Made by a program: the position numbers and the translations under genes
Shown: piece by piece, positions 58,583-62,558 of the stretch
Layout of the letters: each line of letters starts with the position of its first letter
Numbering within the stretch: position 1 is the stretch's first letter
The notes under the pieces: model-generated
Told to the model about the DNA's origin: nothing
Seen by the model: only the letters and a program-made list of their open reading frames with translations
Database searches by the model: none
Source: Bacillota bacterium
Lineage (GTDB): Bacteria > Bacillota > Clostridia > TANB77 > CAG-508
DNA: 62,558 nt
Direction of reading: 5' to 3'
Assembly: GCA_963928635.1 (NCBI GenBank)
Contig: CAWVFT010000020.1
Span: 1 to 62,558, forward strand

Positions 58583-58613
58583 GAAAAAATGCATTCTTAG
58601 AATGCATTTTTTC
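58583..58613. terminator. bidirectional terminator between the truncated surface-protein gene and mazF
   Basis: aaaaaatgcattc-tta-gaatgcatttttt. Confidence 0.7.
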
Positions 58614-58702
58614 AAAAATAAAGTTAAATTAATTTATTATCACACAATGGGCATTTTTATAAAATAGACCTACAAAAGTAATTTAGTAAAAAAACCATTC
58701 AA

Positions 58703-59053
58703 CTAGCTATCTAGTCCAAAACTAACACCTAAAGCATTATTTATCTTATGAATAACTTCTGCATCTTCAATATGACCTATTTTTTCTTTCAAACGGCTTT
58801 TATCTATAGTTCTTATTTGTTCTGTTAAAACAACAGAATCACTTTTTAATCCACAACTTTTTGATTCTATTTCTATATGAGTTGGCAATTTACTTTTAGT
58901 AGTTTGAGAAGTTATAGCTGCAGCTATAACAGTTGGACTATATTTATTTCCTAAATCATTTTGAATAATTAGTACCGGTCTTATACCTCCTTGTTCAGAA
59001 CCTATTACAGGACTTAAATCAGCATAAAACATATCTCCTCTTTTTATTACCAT
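58703..59053 (-). CDS. mazF: MazF/EndoA (PemK-family) endoribonuclease toxin
   Basis: 116 aa from '[52 protein letters not shown]'. Closely parallels B. subtilis EndoA as recalled. SD AGGAG is 8 nt upstream. Confidence 0.9.
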   Translation of the reverse strand: MVIKRGDMFYADLSPVIGSEQGGIRPVLIIQNDLGNKYSPTVIAAAITSQTTKSKLPTHIEIESKSCGLKSDSVVLTEQIRTIDKSRLKEKIGHIEDAEVIHKINNALGVSFGLDS

Positions 59054-59117
59054 TATATTCACTCCTAATATTATATATTGTCAAGAATTTTTTAGAAAGT
59101 TTTAGGGTGAGGTAAAC

Positions 59118-59717
59118 CTATTTGAAGCTTACCTCATTATATAATATGTAAATTGCTTCTTTTTTGTTATCTGAATTAATTATCATTTTATATGGTTTAT
59201 TTGTTTTTTGATTAACATAGAGTTTTTTGTTTTTTAAATATATATTTCTATTATAAGTTTTGGTTTCCATCACTATATAACTATTTTCTTTATAATAATT
59301 TGAATCTGCATTATTTTTATAATCCTCTATAAAAGTATATAAATCCATCACATTTTCTGCAAGATATTTGTAATCATCAAAAATTTTTACTAAATTTAAT
59401 CTACTATTTGACAATGTTAATTTATTATCTTTGTACTCTATTTTTACACCCCTAATATTTTCAGGTTCTAATATTTCCTGAGAATTATTTTTTGCATCTA
59501 TGTAACTTTGTTTAATAATGTATTTATTAGTATTTTTATTACTTTGCACTTCCATTTCTATAGTTGCTTCATAAGAACTAATATTTAAAATATTATTCAC
59601 AATTTCTTGACTATCATTATTATTTCCAACATTTAAAAAATTAATCAAATATTTTATAAAAAAAATTGAAATAAAGCTAATTAATAAGCAAATAAAAAAG
59701 AATATTTTTTTATTCAA
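59118..59717 (-). CDS. GerS/YdcC-like (LolA-fold) membrane-anchored sporulation/germination protein
   Basis: TTG start at 59717 after SD GGGAGG. Signal-anchor 'KKIFFFICLLISFISIFF'. Pattern 'Y.ATIEMEV.SNKN...Y..KQSY' and 'KKLYVNQKTNKPYKMII' resembles GerS as recalled. Confidence 0.5.
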   Translation of the reverse strand: MNKKIFFFICLLISFISIFFIKYLINFLNVGNNNDSQEIVNNILNISSYEATIEMEVQSNKNTNKYIIKQSYIDAKNNSQEILEPENIRGVKIEYKDNKLTLSNSRLNLVKIFDDYKYLAENVMDLYTFIEDYKNNADSNYYKENSYIVMETKTYNRNIYLKNKKLYVNQKTNKPYKMIINSDNKKEAIYILYNEVSFK

Positions 59718-59775
59718 CTGAATACCTCCCATCTTAGTTAATAGTATTCGTTGAAAAATAAAATATTCTTTTAGG

Positions 59776-60750
59776 CTAGATAGAAGAAAAATATTGATTC
59801 AGCTCATTTAATAATTCTTCTTTATTTTCTATTCTATTAATTTTATTTCTAAATTCACTAGAATTTTTTAAGTTTTTAGTATATGCAGAAATATGTTTTC
59901 TAAGCTCTTTAATAGCGATATTTTCTGGTTTTTGTTCTAATTCTAAACTAATATGCTTTTTTATAATCTCCAATTTAGTACAATTAGAAATCTCTGGCAA
60001 TTTTTCACCTGTTTCTAAAAAATGTATTATTTGCGAAAAAATCCAAGGATGTCCAAGTGTGGCTCGACCAACCATTATACCATCTACTCCTGTATATTCA
60101 AACATTTTTAATGCAGAATCTTCATCTGTTATATTTCCATTTCCGATTACAGGAATTTTAACACTATTTTTAACTTTTTTTATCACTTCTAAGTCTACGT
60201 TTCCAGAAAAGTATTCAGATCTAGTTCTGCCATGAATTGTTATAGCCGAAACACCTAAGCTTTCTGCCATTTGTGCAAATTCTATGGCAACAACATGTTC
60301 TAAGTCCCATCCTTTTCGAATTTTTAAAGTAACTGGTTTATTAGTATTATTAATAACAGATTTTATTATTTTTTCTGCTTTTTTTATATCTAACAATAAT
60401 TTACTACCATCACCATTTTTAACCACTTTTGGTGCAGGGCACCCCATATTAATGTCGATTATATCTGCTAGATTACTTATATATCTAGTAGCATATCCCA
60501 TTGCTTCTTCGTCACTTCCAAATAATTGGAAAGCAATAGGTCTTTTTTCACCAGATGTATTCATAAGTAGCTTGGTTTTAGAATCGTTATAAAAAATAGC
60601 TTTACTACTAAGCATTTCAGTGAAAACTAGTCCTGCGCCAAAATCTTTACATATTTTTCTGAAAGCTAAGTCTGTAATGCCTGCCATTGGCGCTAAAAGT
60701 ATGTTATTTTCTAATTTAATATTTCCTATTTGTAATTCCTTTAAATACAT
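59776..60750 (-). CDS. dusB: tRNA dihydrouridine synthase
   Basis: 324 aa. 'LAPMAGITD', 'IDINMGCP', 'ITIHGRTR'. Confidence 0.9.
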   Translation of the reverse strand: MYLKELQIGNIKLENNILLAPMAGITDLAFRKICKDFGAGLVFTEMLSSKAIFYNDSKTKLLMNTSGEKRPIAFQLFGSDEEAMGYATRYISNLADIIDINMGCPAPKVVKNGDGSKLLLDIKKAEKIIKSVINNTNKPVTLKIRKGWDLEHVVAIEFAQMAESLGVSAITIHGRTRSEYFSGNVDLEVIKKVKNSVKIPVIGNGNITDEDSALKMFEYTGVDGIMVGRATLGHPWIFSQIIHFLETGEKLPEISNCTKLEIIKKHISLELEQKPENIAIKELRKHISAYTKNLKNSSEFRNKINRIENKEELLNELNQYFSSI

Positions 60751-60827
60751 AAAAACTCCTTTATTGGCGAATTTAAATAAAAGACCATATTAATTAGAAT
60801 AAATTATAACTAAAAGGTCTTTTTTAA

Positions 60828-61934
60828 TTATTTAACAAATATAGTCTTTTGTCTTTTTCCACTTATATTTAACAAGATGCCAAGCATTATAAAGTTAGTA
60901 ATCATAGAACTTCCACCATAACTGATAAATGGAAGAGGAACACCAGTTATAGGCAATAATCCCATAACCATACCAATATTTTCTACAAAGTGGAAAATAA
61001 ATACCCCGGCTATACCTGATGCAATCACAGAACCAGTAGTATCTTTTGCTGTTTTAGCTATATATAATATTTTAGTAATAAAATATACATATATAATAAT
61101 TACAGCACCTGCCACAACAAATCCCATTTCTTCACTAATTACGGCAAATATAAAATCAGTTGTTTTAGGGTATAAAAATCCTAGTTGAGTTTGGTTTCCT
61201 TTTAATAAGCCCATTCCAGTAAGACCACCTGCACCAACTGCTAATTTTGACTGAATAATATTATATCCAGCACCTCTAGGGTCAGATTCTGGATTTAAGA
61301 ATATATCAATTCTTTCTTTTGCATGTTCTGGTAATATAAAGAAATATAATAATGGTACTGCTATCACTATAATAATTAATGTTCCAAAAATATATTTCTT
61401 ATCCAAGCCAGAAGTAAATAACATAACAGCTAAAGCAAAAATATATGCCGCAGCTGTCCCATAATCAGGTTCTTTTATAATTAAAAATACAGGTATTAAT
61501 ACAGTTGCTAAAATAATTAAAATTCTTGTTGGTTTGTTTATTTCTTCTTTATATCTATTTTGAATTTTTGAAATTACAAATGTAAGAAATAAGATGACAA
61601 ATATTTTAGCAAATTCACCCGGCTGAAAAGAAAAAGCTCCTATATTAAACCAACTTGAAGCACCATTAATAGGGTCTGTAAAAAGTACAGCTATTAACAA
61701 AACTATAAAAATACCATAAAAAATAGGGGATACCCTAATCAGTATCTCATAATCTATCATCATAACAATTGCCATTGCAACCAAACTGACAACTACCCAT
61801 ATAATTTGTTTTTGAAATTCATCATAACCTGTTTCCTGAGTAGCTGAAAACAAGGCAACTATTCCTATTATTGATAATATTATTGCAGCAACTAATAATC
61901 CCCATTCAACATTTTTTAACTCTCTCTTTCTCAA
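60828..61934 (-). CDS. rodA: SEDS-family peptidoglycan glycosyltransferase RodA
   Basis: 368 aa polytopic. 'FQPGEFAK', 'TDFIFAVISEE', 'PLPFISYGGSS'. Lies directly downstream of minE. Confidence 0.8.
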   Translation of the reverse strand: MRKRELKNVEWGLLVAAIILSIIGIVALFSATQETGYDEFQKQIIWVVVSLVAMAIVMMIDYEILIRVSPIFYGIFIVLLIAVLFTDPINGASSWFNIGAFSFQPGEFAKIFVILFLTFVISKIQNRYKEEINKPTRILIILATVLIPVFLIIKEPDYGTAAAYIFALAVMLFTSGLDKKYIFGTLIIIVIAVPLLYFFILPEHAKERIDIFLNPESDPRGAGYNIIQSKLAVGAGGLTGMGLLKGNQTQLGFLYPKTTDFIFAVISEEMGFVVAGAVIIIYVYFITKILYIAKTAKDTTGSVIASGIAGVFIFHFVENIGMVMGLLPITGVPLPFISYGGSSMITNFIMLGILLNISGKRQKTIFVK

Positions 61935-61954
61935 TTAAACCACTCTTTTTCATT

Positions 61955-62551
61955 TTATTTTTCTGATTTAACTTTTTCTTTATCTGTTGTTTCAATATCA
62001 GAATCTACATGCACATTGTCTTTTTTGTTAGATTCGGAATCAGAATGTTTATCTTTTGCCTCAATTTCGATTTTTTTTGATTCTTCTTGCTTTAAATCAT
62101 TTTGCTCATTCTTTTTTGAAACATTTTGAGTAGAAGTCTTTTGCTTATTATTTTCTTTTTTTACTTCTGAATTGTTTTGTTTTACTTCTTTTTTTGAAGA
62201 ATTGCTACTTTTATTAACATCTTCTTCTTTGCTATTATCTACCTTCTTTTCCGCTTTTCCAACTTCGTGTTTTATATTTAATATTGGAATGTTTGCATAT
62301 AAAGCAGGAGCTCCATTTGTTCCATCTTCATTTTCTTTATTTGTAAGTCTTACATCTATAGCTCCTTCATCTATTTCAATATATTTCTTTATTACTTCTA
62401 TAATTTCCTGTTTCATTAATTCCAAGAAATCGGCAGATACATTTGCTCTATCTTGCATTAATACCAAATGTAATCTTTCTTTTGCTGTGTCTCTTGAATT
62501 AGATGATTCTTTTTTTTCTTCTACTTTTTTTGCTTTTTTGAAGAAATTCAT
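61955..62551 (-). CDS. minE: cell division topological specificity factor MinE with a long low-complexity C-terminal extension
   Basis: The first ~95 aa are MinE ('AKERLHLVLMQDRANVS..LELMKQEIIEVIKKYIEID..PALYANIPILNIK'). They are followed by ~100 aa of K/E/S/N-rich sequence. Confidence 0.8.
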   Translation of the reverse strand: MNFFKKAKKVEEKKESSNSRDTAKERLHLVLMQDRANVSADFLELMKQEIIEVIKKYIEIDEGAIDVRLTNKENEDGTNGAPALYANIPILNIKHEVGKAEKKVDNSKEEDVNKSSNSSKKEVKQNNSEVKKENNKQKTSTQNVSKKNEQNDLKQEESKKIEIEAKDKHSDSESNKKDNVHVDSDIETTDKEKVKSEK

Positions 62552-62558
62552 TATTGTT

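Noticed and set aside
1-62558. Numerous 60-250-aa antisense or alternate-frame ORFs in the track, rich in Leu, Phe, Ile and Ser (for example 9044..9526, 20141..20878, 31039..31587, 50792..51499).
   Set aside because: They lie within or opposite well-supported genes and lack SD sequences. Their low-complexity composition is expected from reading AT-rich DNA out of frame.
1-62558. tRNA, rRNA, tmRNA, RNase P or 6S RNA genes.
   Set aside because: No G+C-rich cloverleaf-sized segments or conserved T-loop (GTTCGAATC-like) sequences were seen in any intergenic region. The few G+C-rich stretches are the repeat cores and the 2236-2545 islet.

Overview
Very AT-rich (roughly 27-28% G+C by eye) chromosomal segment from a spore-forming, Clostridia-like Firmicute. 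About 52 protein genes are supported. Most are housekeeping: topB, mfd, smc, a P-type Ca2+-ATPase, dapF-dapL, ruvA-rarA, ispG-ispH, a SpoVD-like PBP, spo0A, a SpoIVFA/SpoIVFB-like pair, mazF, dusB, rodA and minE. Accessory content includes a 2712-aa cyclic beta-1,2-glucan-synthase-like protein, two pilin-like surface protein genes (LRR and Listeria-Bacteroides repeats), two PD-(D/E)XK Rpn-like genes, an HNH/ParB-like fusion, a DUF4143 ATPase and a G+C-rich islet. I saw no rRNA, tRNA or CRISPR array. The structure that gene calls do not explain is a dense set of structured intergenic repeats. (1) A ~62-nt 'GGGATTTAGGGACG' REP-like element and a minimal palindromic derivative place a TAG stop in a TAGGGACG context at the end of five CDSs. 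(2) A related 'GGTT..GGGGACAGGT' element sits just after three gene ends. (3) Six 100-260 bp imperfect palindromes occur, two sharing a ~172-bp core inside different outer inverted repeats. Four genes are disrupted: two by single in-frame TAA codons, two by a one-base insertion in the same A-C-GGA context. Other notable points: a perfect 42-bp in-frame tandem duplication in the Ca2+-ATPase, an intact mazF with no antitoxin or alr in an otherwise conserved locus, ruvA followed by rarA instead of ruvB, and MinE with a ~100-aa tail. All calls rest on reading the sequence and recalled family motifs. No database search was run.
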